From Candidatus Coprovivens excrementavium (lineage in GTDB: Bacteria > Bacillota_I > Bacilli_A > RF39 > UBA660), in assembly GCA_018711445.1 (NCBI GenBank), contig DVII01000124.1, positions 1 through 31,532 of the forward strand: a DNA stretch of 31,532 nucleotides. The letters run 5' to 3'. Positions 1 to 8,928 of the stretch are shown one piece after another. The position numbers were made by a program, and so were the translations under genes. Within the stretch, counting starts at the first letter, position 1; each line of letters opens with the position of its first letter. The notes beneath the pieces are model-generated. The model was not told where the DNA came from, ran no database searches, and was given only the letters and a program-made list of their open reading frames with translations.

Positions 1-711
1 AATCCTGCGATATTTATTTTTGTTACAAATATTATTCTAGTAGTAATAAGTTTCTTCTTTTTAGGACCTAAAAGTACAGGCTTAACTATAATAGGATCAA
101 TATTATATCCGATTTTTGTCTCTTTAACTGAAGAGCCTTGCTTACATCTAGCTGAAAATCTAGCATTTGATAATTTTTTGATTGTCGTTATAATAAGTGC
201 CTTATTATTTGGGACAGCCAATGGCTTTTTATATAAAATTGGTTTTTCAACAGGTGGTACTGATATAATTATTCAGCTATTTAACAAATATCTAAAAATA
301 CCAACAGGAACAGCGTCTTTTATTATTTATGCCGTAATAATTGCTTTTGGAGCAGTTGTATTTGGTATAAATAATGCAGTGTACTCAATAATCATAGTAG
401 CTATAAACGGTTTCTTAGTTGATAAAATAATGCTTGGTATATCTAATAGTAAAATGTTCTATATCCATAGTAAGAAAGTTGACGAAATAACATCTTTTAT
501 TCAAGAAATACAAAGCGGTTATACTATTATGCATACTAAAGGTGGATATACCAAAGAAGAAAATAATTTAATAATGTGCGTAGTTCCTACGAAAGACTAT
601 TATATGTTTAAAAGTGTTGTTGAAAAAATAGATCCAGAAGCCTTTTTCATTATAAGTGATTGTTATGAAGTTTACGGCGGTCAACGTAAAGAGCAATTCC
701 CTTTTTTGTAA
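1..711 (+). CDS. YitT-family membrane protein with C-terminal DUF2179-like domain, 5'-truncated by the window edge
   Basis: Frame 1 is open from base 1 (NPAIFIFVTN...) to TAA at 709-711. Contains the GFSTGGTDII motif, several hydrophobic segments and a KGGYT...IDPEAFFIISDCYEVYG C-terminus typical of YitT. Confidence 0.85.
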   Translation, partial: NPAIFIFVTNIILVVISFFFLGPKSTGLTIIGSILYPIFVSLTEEPCLHLAENLAFDNFLIVVIISALLFGTANGFLYKIGFSTGGTDIIIQLFNKYLKIPTGTASFIIYAVIIAFGAVVFGINNAVYSIIIVAINGFLVDKIMLGISNSKMFYIHSKKVDEITSFIQEIQSGYTIMHTKGGYTKEENNLIMCVVPTKDYYMFKSVVEKIDPEAFFIISDCYEVYGGQRKEQFPFL

Positions 712-737
712 AAGGTGTTTTTTTACCCTTGTTTTTT

Positions 738-746
738 TGTTATAAT
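738..746 (+). promoter_or_regulatory. Putative extended -10 sigma-A promoter for ftsEX operon
   Basis: TG-T-TATAAT about 23 nt before the ftsE ATG; no good -35. Confidence 0.45.
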
Positions 747-768
747 AAATACAATAAGGTGGTGTATA

Positions 769-1479
769 ATGAAATTTATTGATATAAAAAATTGCTATAA
801 AGTATATAAAAATGGCGTTACAGCAATTGCTGATTTAACTTTATCAATAGATAAAGGCGAATTTGTCTTTGTAACTGGTGCTTCTGGTTGCGGTAAATCA
901 ACCTTAGTAAAATTATTATATCGTGAAGAAAAACCTACTAAAGGTCAAGTAATGGTAGGTGGAATAAATGTTGCTAAATTATATAATAGTCGAGTATATA
1001 AATTAAGAAGAAAATTAGGAATAGTATTCCAAGACTTTAAATTATTACCCAAATTAACAGTTTATGAAAATGTTGCATTTGGATTAGAAAATTTAGGAAT
1101 GAAAGGAAATATCATTAAATCGCGTGTTCTTAAAGCTTTAGATCGTGTTGGACTTAAAGAAAAAACACGAAGTTTTCCAAACGAATTATCAGGTGGTGAA
1201 CAACAAAGAGTTTGCATAGCACGAGCTATCGTTAACGAACCTAAATTATTAATATGTGATGAACCTACTGGTAATCTTGATCCTAAAACATCAAAAGAAA
1301 TTATTAAAGTAATAAATAGTATTAATAAAGATATGGGAACTACTGTTGTTATGGTAACTCATGACAAAGATATCGTTAACTCAATGAAAAAAAGAGTTAT
1401 AACACTTGAAAATGGTGTTTTAACATCAGATTCAAAGAAAGGAAGTTACACAGCCGATGAAAGCAATAAGAATATTTAG
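769..1479 (+). CDS. ftsE: Cell division ABC ATPase FtsE
   Basis: Walker A GASGCGKST, Q-loop VFQDFKLL, signature LSGGEQQR, Walker B ICDEPTGNLD, H-loop VTHD; directly upstream of ftsX. Start moved to ATG 769 behind AAGGTGG RBS. Confidence 0.93.
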   Translation: MKFIDIKNCYKVYKNGVTAIADLTLSIDKGEFVFVTGASGCGKSTLVKLLYREEKPTKGQVMVGGINVAKLYNSRVYKLRRKLGIVFQDFKLLPKLTVYENVAFGLENLGMKGNIIKSRVLKALDRVGLKEKTRSFPNELSGGEQQRVCIARAIVNEPKLLICDEPTGNLDPKTSKEIIKVINSINKDMGTTVVMVTHDKDIVNSMKKRVITLENGVLTSDSKKGSYTADESNKNI

Positions 1480-2371
1480 ACGTAATATTGCCAATGCTAT
1501 AAAAAGCATATTTCGTAATTTTAGTTTAAGTGCTGCTTCCATTATTTGTACTACAATTACTTTAATAATTGTTGCTCTAGCTATTATTTTCTCAGCTAAT
1601 GTTAATAATTTTACAAGAGATATTGAAAATACTTTAACTATAATAGTTTTTGTTGACAAAACAGCTACTGAAGAAGATATAAGTTCAATAAGAAGTAAAA
1701 TTTTAGAAATTAAAAATGTCAAAAGTGACGAATTAATCTTTAAAGATAAAGAAGAGATTAAAGAAGAAACAATGAAAAACACAGATAAAAGTTCATCATT
1801 GTATTCTATTATGGAAAATTGGACAGAAGAAACAAATCCATTAGAATCAGAATTTATTATATCTGTCAAAAATGTTGAAGACTTAGAAGAAACAGCTACT
1901 ACTTTAGAAAAAATAGAAAAGGTAACAAATGTTAAGTATAGTGAAGATGTTGTTGATAATATGATTCCTCTATTTGACGTTGTTGAAAAAGTAACAATTG
2001 TTATAATTATTGGTTTAATTGTTGTCACTACTTTCTTAATTTGTAACACAATAAAATTAACTATCTTCGCTCGTAAAAATGAAATTGAAATAATGCGTCT
2101 AGTAGGAACAAGCAATTTCACTATTAAATTACCATTTGTAATAGAAGGTCTATTTCTAGGAATGATTGGTTCAATAATTCCTATGTTAGCAACAATATGG
2201 GGATATATATTTGCATTTGATAAATTAGAGGGACATTTATTTACAAATTATATAAGAATGATAACTCCAATACCATTTGTCTTTTATACATCTATTGCTT
2301 TGCTAATTATTGGATCATTAGTTGGTATGTTTGGTAGTTATATAACAGTAAGGAAGTATTTAAAGATATGA
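1457..2371 (+). CDS. ftsX: Cell division permease FtsX
   Basis: Four TM segments with a large extracellular loop; RKNEIEIMRLVGTS and PFVIEG motifs; overlaps ftsE. Confidence 0.9.
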   Translation: MKAIRIFRRNIANAIKSIFRNFSLSAASIICTTITLIIVALAIIFSANVNNFTRDIENTLTIIVFVDKTATEEDISSIRSKILEIKNVKSDELIFKDKEEIKEETMKNTDKSSSLYSIMENWTEETNPLESEFIISVKNVEDLEETATTLEKIEKVTNVKYSEDVVDNMIPLFDVVEKVTIVIIIGLIVVTTFLICNTIKLTIFARKNEIEIMRLVGTSNFTIKLPFVIEGLFLGMIGSIIPMLATIWGYIFAFDKLEGHLFTNYIRMITPIPFVFYTSIALLIIGSLVGMFGSYITVRKYLKI

Positions 2372-3588
2372 TAAAGAAATCAAAAAAAATAATTAATCTG
2401 TTTATAATATTTGCTCTTGTTTTTGTTACAACATGTCCATTCAAAGTCAAAGAAGTCAAAGCGGAAAGATTAATCGATTACAAAAATAAAGTAGCAGAAC
2501 TAGAAAGTCAAAAAGCTGAAGCAGATGCTTTAACAAATGAAGCAAAGCAAAATATTGAAAAAAAATCTCAAGCTATAAAAGATGCCAATAACACAATCAT
2601 TCTAAATGAACAACGTGTTGAAGAAGCCAAACAAAAAGTCGCTGAGAGCCAAGAAGAAATAAAAATAAAACAAGAGGAACTAAAAGATGTTCTAGTTTCT
2701 CTTCAATATTCAGATTTAAATCCTGATGAAATATATACTGATTATATTTTTTCAGCCTCAAGTATTTCTGAAATGATGGAAAGACAAGCGGTAGTTGAAC
2801 AAGTAGTAAACTACACCCAAGAACAACTAAATAGTCTAGATGAATTAATTGAAGACAACGAAAAATTACAAGTTAAACTAGCAAATGATAATGTTACTTT
2901 AAATAATTCAATTACTTCGTATGAAACGCAATTAGAAGAACTTCACGAATATGTTGATAAACAAGCTAGTATAGGCATGGGGTTTGCAGATCAAATTAAA
3001 GCTCAAAAAAATATGATTAAACTATTTGAAGAAGCAGGTTGTAAAGATAATGATGATGTAGAAGTTTGTTACTTCTCTAAAATGGAAGGATCTGGCTCAT
3101 TCTCAAGACCATTAACTAAAGGAAAGGTTACTCAGGCATATAATAAAACACATGCCGGTATTGATTTAGGAGGAAATCCTGAAGGAACACCTGTTTATGC
3201 TCCTGCAAGTGGTACAGTAATTTATGTTGCTCGTAAAACATCTTGTGGCGGAAATATTGTTTATATGCATGCTTTAGTTGATGGAAAAAAATATACTGTT
3301 GAAATGGCACATTTATTAAGTATTAAAGTTTCATCAGGACAAAAAGTTAGCAAAGGACAAATAATTGGAACCGTTGGTGGCTACTCAACGTCACATGCTT
3401 TATCTGGTGGCTATGATTATTGTACTTATGGCGCTCACTTGCACTATGCAATATCATATGGTTATTTCTTCTCAGAAAGTGGTAGAACCCAATGGAATAA
3501 ATTTAAAGCTAATACAGGAGCTACTTCAGTACAATCAATCTCTGGTATTAAGAGTAAAAAAGGTTGGAAGTGGACTACAAGAGGATAA
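2368..3588 (+). CDS. Secreted coiled-coil M23 (LytM) metallopeptidase, likely FtsEX-regulated peptidoglycan hydrolase
   Basis: N-terminal signal peptide, long coiled coil, HAGID (HxxxD) and HLH (HxH) Zn motifs; ATGA overlap with the ftsX stop. Confidence 0.85.
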   Translation: MIKKSKKIINLFIIFALVFVTTCPFKVKEVKAERLIDYKNKVAELESQKAEADALTNEAKQNIEKKSQAIKDANNTIILNEQRVEEAKQKVAESQEEIKIKQEELKDVLVSLQYSDLNPDEIYTDYIFSASSISEMMERQAVVEQVVNYTQEQLNSLDELIEDNEKLQVKLANDNVTLNNSITSYETQLEELHEYVDKQASIGMGFADQIKAQKNMIKLFEEAGCKDNDDVEVCYFSKMEGSGSFSRPLTKGKVTQAYNKTHAGIDLGGNPEGTPVYAPASGTVIYVARKTSCGGNIVYMHALVDGKKYTVEMAHLLSIKVSSGQKVSKGQIIGTVGGYSTSHALSGGYDYCTYGAHLHYAISYGYFFSESGRTQWNKFKANTGATSVQSISGIKSKKGWKWTTRG

Positions 3589-3618
3589 GAAGGATAAAAC
3601 CTTCTTTTTTTTCTTTTT
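3587..3618 (+). terminator. Intrinsic terminator of the ftsEX-M23 operon
   Basis: AAGAAGG-ataaaa-CCTTCTT 7-bp stem followed by a T tract immediately at the stop codon. Confidence 0.75.
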
Positions 3619-3620
3619 AT

Positions 3621-3771
3621 ATAATATCGATTTTTGTCGATTTAAATAAAAAAATGTCGAATTTATTTCTTTTTTATCGTAAATTGTTTAATTTTGTCGA
3701 TTTTTGTCGTCCAGTATCTATTTATAATGTATTTAGTTTTATAAAGTCGAAATATGTCGTATTATGTCAAT
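3621..3771 (+). repeat. 10-bp-phased array of Spo0A-box-like heptamers (unit consensus WWWWTGTCGA)
   Basis: Heptamers start at 3625 TATCGAT, 3635 TGTCGAT, 3655 TGTCGAA, 3675 TATCGTA, 3695 TGTCGAT, 3705 TGTCGTC, 3745 AGTCGAA, 3755 TGTCGTA and 3765 TGTCAAT. Weaker copies are at 3685 and 3715. All are in the same register modulo 10. Confidence 0.9.
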
Positions 3772-3806
3772 AGCTTCTTATCTTCTTTTTATGCAGATAA
3801 TATTTG

Positions 3807-3815
3807 TGGTATCAT
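3807..3815 (+). promoter_or_regulatory. Possible extended -10 promoter for yvcK-whiA
   Basis: TG-G-TATCAT about 24 nt upstream of the ATG; poor -35. Confidence 0.35.
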
Positions 3816-3838
3816 AATATTTAAATGGAGGTTTGCAT

Positions 3839-4786
3839 ATGAAAAAAGTAGTTATTTTTGGTGGCGGAAGTGGAATGTCACAATTATTAAAAGGAATGAT
3901 TCAATTTCCTATGGATATAACAGCTGTTGTTAGTATGTCTGATAATGGAACGAGTACAGGGCGTTTGCGTGAAGAATTTTCTATTCCCGCTGTAGGTGAT
4001 ATAACTAAAGTTTTAATGGCTATGTCTACAGAATCAAAGGGTGTTAAAGACTTATTTAATTATCGTTTCAGCAATGATAGTAGTATTGGTAATCATTCTA
4101 TAAAGAATTTGATAATGACTGCATTATTGGAAATGAAAGGGGATTTTGCTCATTCCTTACCAATATTATGTGATTTACTAGATGTTAAAGGTAAACTTCT
4201 TCCTATTACAGAAGACAATGTTGATTTAATTGGAATTACAAAAGAAGGATACGAAATAATAGGTGAGGCTGAGATAACAGAATCAAAAAGAGAGATAGTT
4301 GATCTTAAATATAGTAAAAAAGTCAAAGTTACTCCTAAAGTTTTAGAAGAAATAAAAAAAGCCGATTTAATAATTTTTAGTTCGGGTTCACTTTTAACTA
4401 GCATTTCACCACATATTATTATTCCTGAAATACAAGAAGCTGTTAGAAATTCCAAAGCACGAAAAATGTATATTTGCAATATGCTTACTCAACCAGGTGA
4501 AACTGACGGCTTCAAAGTAAGTGATCATATAAAATATCTTGAAAAATATCTAGGAACAGGAACAATTAATGCAGTTATTGCCAATAACTCAAAGATTCCA
4601 CAAAATATGGCTCTTCTTGCTAAATCAGAAGGTAAAGATCCTGTTGCTATTGATACAAAAGCGTTACAAAATATGGACATAGAGATTTTAGAAGAAAAAT
4701 TATTCAAAGTTGAAGAAGGATATATTAGACATAATTCTCTAAAAACAGCATACTTAATCTTTTCGTATTTAATTGAGGACGAATAA
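3839..4786 (+). CDS. yvcK: YvcK/GlmR (CofD-related) gluconeogenesis morphogenetic factor
   Basis: GGGSG, SDNGTSTGRLREEF, GDI, NHSIKNL, SGSLLTSI and CNMLTQPGETDG motifs; upstream of whiA. Start set at ATG 3839 behind GGAGG. Confidence 0.9.
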   Translation: MKKVVIFGGGSGMSQLLKGMIQFPMDITAVVSMSDNGTSTGRLREEFSIPAVGDITKVLMAMSTESKGVKDLFNYRFSNDSSIGNHSIKNLIMTALLEMKGDFAHSLPILCDLLDVKGKLLPITEDNVDLIGITKEGYEIIGEAEITESKREIVDLKYSKKVKVTPKVLEEIKKADLIIFSSGSLLTSISPHIIIPEIQEAVRNSKARKMYICNMLTQPGETDGFKVSDHIKYLEKYLGTGTINAVIANNSKIPQNMALLAKSEGKDPVAIDTKALQNMDIEILEEKLFKVEEGYIRHNSLKTAYLIFSYLIEDE

Positions 4787-4787
4787 T

Positions 4788-5720
4788 ATGACATTTACTA
4801 CTAGGTTAAAAGAAGAAATAACTAAAAATGAAATATCTCAATTAGAATCGCTTATTGAATTATCAGCATTTATAAGATTTTCTGCTCATTTAAAAAAAGA
4901 TAAAATTGTTCTAATAATGGAAAATGCTTCAGTTGCTCGAAGAATATACAAAGATATAAAAGCAAATTTTGCTGTTAATATAAAAATAACAATTCGTAAT
5001 CAAAAAAGATTTCGTGTTAAACAAATATACATATTAGAAATAAATGAAAAAGTGGATTTTATTTTAGAATCATTAAGTATCCTAAAAAATAATAAAAAGA
5101 TTCTCCCAGAAGAATATTTTATTAATAGTAAAGAAGAAACAATCGCTTTTTTAAAAGGAGCTTTTCTAGCATCTGGTAGTTTAAATGATCCTAGCAAAGC
5201 TGGATATCATTTTGAACTTACTTCATCAACTAAAAAAGAAGGATTGTTTTTATCTCAATTACTAAAGAAATTTGACTTTTCAGCTAAAGTAATAAAACGT
5301 AATAATCATTACATGACATATATAAAAAGTGCTGAAATGATAAGTGAATTAATTCGTTTATTTGGAGCGACAAATTGTTTCTTTTATTTTGAAGATATAC
5401 GTATTTATCGTGATCATAAAAATATGGTTAATCGTTTAAATAACTGTGAAATTGCTAATCAAGAAAAAATTCTGAAATCAGGAATAAAACAATTAAATGA
5501 TATAGCCTATTTAAAAGAGCATGACCTTATAGGACTACTAGATGAAAATGTCCAAGAAGCTATCAAATATCGTGAAGCATATCCTGAAACCTCTCTTCAA
5601 GAATTAGCTGATATCATTTCAACTGAAACTGGTCGAAAAATAGGTAAATCAGGAATCAATCATTATTTTATTAAAGTAAAAAAATTAATTGAAAAACATA
5701 AAGAAAAAAACGCTAAATAG
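4788..5720 (+). CDS. whiA: DNA-binding protein WhiA
   Basis: MTFTTRLKEE start, FLKGAFLASGSLNDP-GYHFE, NRLNNCEIAN and SLQELAD...GKSGINH HTH region. Start set at ATG 4788 behind GAGGA. Confidence 0.92.
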   Translation: MTFTTRLKEEITKNEISQLESLIELSAFIRFSAHLKKDKIVLIMENASVARRIYKDIKANFAVNIKITIRNQKRFRVKQIYILEINEKVDFILESLSILKNNKKILPEEYFINSKEETIAFLKGAFLASGSLNDPSKAGYHFELTSSTKKEGLFLSQLLKKFDFSAKVIKRNNHYMTYIKSAEMISELIRLFGATNCFFYFEDIRIYRDHKNMVNRLNNCEIANQEKILKSGIKQLNDIAYLKEHDLIGLLDENVQEAIKYREAYPETSLQELADIISTETGRKIGKSGINHYFIKVKKLIEKHKEKNAK

Positions 5721-5732
5721 CGTCTTTTTTTT
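5704..5732. terminator. Probable bidirectional terminator between whiA and the convergent gene
   Basis: A tract - ACGCT-aaat-AGCGT - T tract, between two stop codons 10 bp apart. Confidence 0.6.
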
Positions 5733-7107
5733 ACCACATATTAGAATAGTTACCATCTTCCTTATATACTGAGTCCATTAATATAATATAATCATAAATA
5801 CTATTATTAACTAGTTTGTTCTTTCTAACAACAGTCATCACAACTCCACCGGTTGTATTTAGAGATTCGGCAATATAGTAGTTGGTATCATCCCAGCCCG
5901 CTAAAATAGCCATATGACCGTTTAATCCAATCAAATCACCAGCTTTAACTCTTCCAGAATTCATTAATTCTTCCGTTATTTTTACTTTTTCACCCAAATC
6001 ATCTAAGTCATCATGTTCAGCATTTTCTCCAGCACCAATATCACCTACATCAAATCCACCATTCAATAATGCCCAAGTTACAAATCCAGAACAATCTAAT
6101 CCATTAGGATAATATTTGCCAGTTATATATGGGCCCCAATCAGTATAATTTTGTAAATCGCATCCCCAAATAGCTGGTCCAACAAAACTAGATGTTATAT
6201 CTTTAAATTTACTTTCATTTAAATATAATCCTCGATGATAATAACGTCCTTCACCATCGACATGTTTATAAGGAGCATAATTATTTAAACGTCCATTTTC
6301 ATAGAAGTAGTGAATACGATAAGAGAATTCAAGAGTAATGAAACGAGCAGCTGCAATAACCCCAGCTCTTGTCCCGTATCCAGCTTCATTAATTCTATCA
6401 AATAAGATATTATCTATTAACTTTGCTTCTTCTTCACTAAATTGTTTACAAGATATATAACTTTTTTTAGTATTTACCACCGGTTTAGTAATAAAAGGAC
6501 TAACTATAACTTTAACTTTACTATTTGCTCCATCATCACTTACTAAATTTATATATGCTGTTCCATAATCATTTGCCTTTATAATGCCGTCATCATTAAT
6601 ACTGGCAATTTTTTCATTACTAGAAGTTATTTTTATATTTTCTTCTACATTACCCAACTTAACTAATTCATAAGTTAGTAATTGTTCCATTCCTTTCCAC
6701 ATATAAAAAGTTGTTTTATTAGGTTTTATTTCTAAAATTTTATCAATATTAACTTTTTGTTTATTTGAATCTACAATATTTCCATATGTATCCTTAACAA
6801 AGATGTTGTACTCACCATCTTCTACTGTAAAAGAGCAATATCCGTTACGAGCTTGAACCCAATTATTATCTTTTTTATTTGGGACATCATCACTTTCTGA
6901 TAATAAACACCATGTTGCTTTATTAAACTTTAAGGGATGATTATCAACTTCAATATTAAAAATAACTTGATTATCAAATCTTTTAGATTCGTTTATTTCA
7001 ATATTAGTTACATAAGGAGGCATTTTAAAGTTGATATATCCTAAATATCCAATAATTCCAAGTATGATTATAATTATGACAATTAGTAAGACCTTTTTAT
7101 TCTTCAT
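5731..7107 (-). CDS. Membrane-anchored surface protein with Ig-like domain(s) and C-terminal NlpC/P60-like (papain-fold) cysteine hydrolase domain
   Basis: N-terminal KK plus hydrophobic anchor; Big_2-like ITSSNEKIASINDDGIIKANDYGTAYI; GLDCSGFVTW, GDLI, GHMAI and YIAES give a candidate Cys-His-Glu triad; GGAGG RBS. Confidence 0.75.
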   Translation of the reverse strand: MKNKKVLLIVIIIIILGIIGYLGYINFKMPPYVTNIEINESKRFDNQVIFNIEVDNHPLKFNKATWCLLSESDDVPNKKDNNWVQARNGYCSFTVEDGEYNIFVKDTYGNIVDSNKQKVNIDKILEIKPNKTTFYMWKGMEQLLTYELVKLGNVEENIKITSSNEKIASINDDGIIKANDYGTAYINLVSDDGANSKVKVIVSPFITKPVVNTKKSYISCKQFSEEEAKLIDNILFDRINEAGYGTRAGVIAAARFITLEFSYRIHYFYENGRLNNYAPYKHVDGEGRYYHRGLYLNESKFKDITSSFVGPAIWGCDLQNYTDWGPYITGKYYPNGLDCSGFVTWALLNGGFDVGDIGAGENAEHDDLDDLGEKVKITEELMNSGRVKAGDLIGLNGHMAILAGWDDTNYYIAESLNTTGGVVMTVVRKNKLVNNSIYDYIILMDSVYKEDGNYSNMW

Positions 7108-7127
7108 AAAGTTCCTCCATTTCCTGC

Positions 7128-7136
7128 ATTATAACA
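7128..7136 (-). promoter_or_regulatory. Putative extended -10 promoter for the NlpC/P60-like gene
   Basis: Minus strand TG-T-TATAAT about 20 nt upstream of the start. Confidence 0.45.
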
Positions 7137-7187
7137 CAATATCTTATTATATAAAATAAACTAAAAAAGTAAAGAATAATAAAATTT

Positions 7188-7217
7188 TTAACAAAATATG
7201 CTTATTTATAGTATAAT
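7188..7217 (+). promoter_or_regulatory. Putative sigma-A promoter for the nucleoside kinase-gap unit
   Basis: TTAACA-18 bp-TATAAT. Confidence 0.4.
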
Positions 7218-7243
7218 TATTTTAGAATAAGAGAGGGATATTA

Positions 7244-8914
7244 ATGGCAACAAACAGAACAAACGTAACTTTTAACGATGGAACGGTTATTGAGGTAGAA
7301 AAAGGAACAACTATCTACGAATTGAGTAAATTATATAAATCATCAATGTCCTACAGCATAGTTGGTGCCGAAATAGATAACGAGACTGTTCCAATGGAAA
7401 CAAAGATTACTCGTGCAACTAAATTGGAGTTTATCGATGTTACATCAACCAACGGATACAAAATTAATAAATCTGGCTTAGAATTTGTAACTGAAGTAGC
7501 TTTAAAAGAAACTTTCGGAGATGGTTATGAAGTAACTTTCGATCATTCAATTGCAAATGGTATACATATGACTATTATTTGTGATAAAAAATTTTCCTTA
7601 ACAGACGCTAAAAAACTAAAAACTAAAATGAATGAGATTATTGCTAATGACGAAAGAATATATAACCTTAATGTCGAAAAAAAAGAAGCTATAAACTATT
7701 ACAATAAAGTTAAAGCTCCTGAAAAAGCTCAAAACATTCATAATTTAACTAATAATATTGTTACAGTATATAAACTTCGTAATTACATAAATTACTTTTA
7801 TTCTGAAATGCCTTATTCAACTGGCTGCTTAAATAAATATGATTTAGTGTTCTTAGGAGATAATAAACTTGTTTTATTATTTCCATCACCTAACGCTAAA
7901 TACAAAGTACCAGAATATATTCATTATCAAAATGTTATTAAATGTTTTGAGGAAGGTAAAAAGTGGATTAACGCTTTAGGATTGCCTTACATACCAGATT
8001 TAAATAAAAAAATATCTGACTGTGAAATAGAAGACTTAATTAAACTTGTTGAAACAAATTTCAATAATGAAATACATGATTTAGTAGATGATATAATTAA
8101 AAAGAATGCTAGATATGTTTTATTTGCTGGTCCATCTTCATCTGGGAAAACTACAACCACTAAAAAAGTTGCTCTTCAACTTCGAAGTCGAGGATACGAA
8201 GTATTAGTAATTTCGGTTGATAACTATTTTAAAGATAAGAAAGATACACCTAAAGACGAAAAAGGAAATTATGACTTTGAATGTTTACAAGCTTTAGACC
8301 TAAAACTGCTTAATAAACAATTAAAAGATTTAATTCAAGGTAAGAAAGTAAATTTACCTGAGTACAACTTCGTATCTGGTGTAAAAGAATACAATAATGA
8401 ACCTATTAAATTAGGAGAAAAAGCTATTATCTTAATGGAAGGATTACATTGTTTGAATGATGAAATGACTCCTGACTTAGATGCAAATCTAAAATATAAA
8501 GTATATTTAAGTCCATTTATACCTATAAATGTTGACCGCCATAATTATATTTCTACTACTGATTTAAGATTAATGCGTCGCATAGTTAGAGACAATCGAA
8601 CTCGTGCTACAGATGTTGGTGCCACGATAAATTATTGGAATTCTGTTCGTAGTGGTGAAGAAAAATATATTTTTCCGTATATAAATAATGTCAATAAAAT
8701 AGTTAATACATCACTCATATATGAAGTTGGAGTATTAAAAGTCTTTGTAGAACCATTATTATATTCAGTAAAAAGTAACTCTTCAGCATATAATGAAGCT
8801 CGACGTTTAATTAATTCTTTACGTGGTTTCTACCCAATTCCTTCTGATTATGTTGGAGATGACTCAATACTACGTGAATTTATTGGTAAAAGTGCATTTG
8901 AAACTTATAAATAG
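7244..8914 (+). CDS. Uridine/nucleoside kinase with N-terminal TGS/ThrRS-like domains
   Basis: TGS-like N-terminus (VEKGTTIYEL), ThrRS-editing-like middle, P-loop AGPSSSGKTTT, SVDNYF, DFECLQALD, EGLHCLN, RRIVRD and GEEKYIFPY motifs. Confidence 0.85.
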   Translation: MATNRTNVTFNDGTVIEVEKGTTIYELSKLYKSSMSYSIVGAEIDNETVPMETKITRATKLEFIDVTSTNGYKINKSGLEFVTEVALKETFGDGYEVTFDHSIANGIHMTIICDKKFSLTDAKKLKTKMNEIIANDERIYNLNVEKKEAINYYNKVKAPEKAQNIHNLTNNIVTVYKLRNYINYFYSEMPYSTGCLNKYDLVFLGDNKLVLLFPSPNAKYKVPEYIHYQNVIKCFEEGKKWINALGLPYIPDLNKKISDCEIEDLIKLVETNFNNEIHDLVDDIIKKNARYVLFAGPSSSGKTTTTKKVALQLRSRGYEVLVISVDNYFKDKKDTPKDEKGNYDFECLQALDLKLLNKQLKDLIQGKKVNLPEYNFVSGVKEYNNEPIKLGEKAIILMEGLHCLNDEMTPDLDANLKYKVYLSPFIPINVDRHNYISTTDLRLMRRIVRDNRTRATDVGATINYWNSVRSGEEKYIFPYINNVNKIVNTSLIYEVGVLKVFVEPLLYSVKSNSSAYNEARRLINSLRGFYPIPSDYVGDDSILREFIGKSAFETYK

Positions 8915-8928
8915 AAAGAGGAGATAAA

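Noticed and set aside
3030-3430. Paired cysteines in the M23 protein (GCKD...VC; SCGG...YCT)
   Set aside because: Probably ordinary structural disulfides in a secreted enzyme; nothing else points to a novel function.
3765-3770. Perfect TTGACA on the minus strand
   Set aside because: No -10 hexamer at 16-18 bp spacing; it is simply the reverse complement of the last array unit.
3621-3771. Array as CRISPR, oriC or parS
   Set aside because: Units are 10 bp with no unique spacers and no cas genes nearby. There are no TTATCCACA DnaA boxes and no 16-bp palindromic parS.
3365-3773. ORF-track ORFs 3365..3649 and 3564..3773 spanning the repeat array
   Set aside because: They overlap the M23 gene and its terminator, lack an RBS, and have Phe-rich composition from T tracts; better explained as non-coding.
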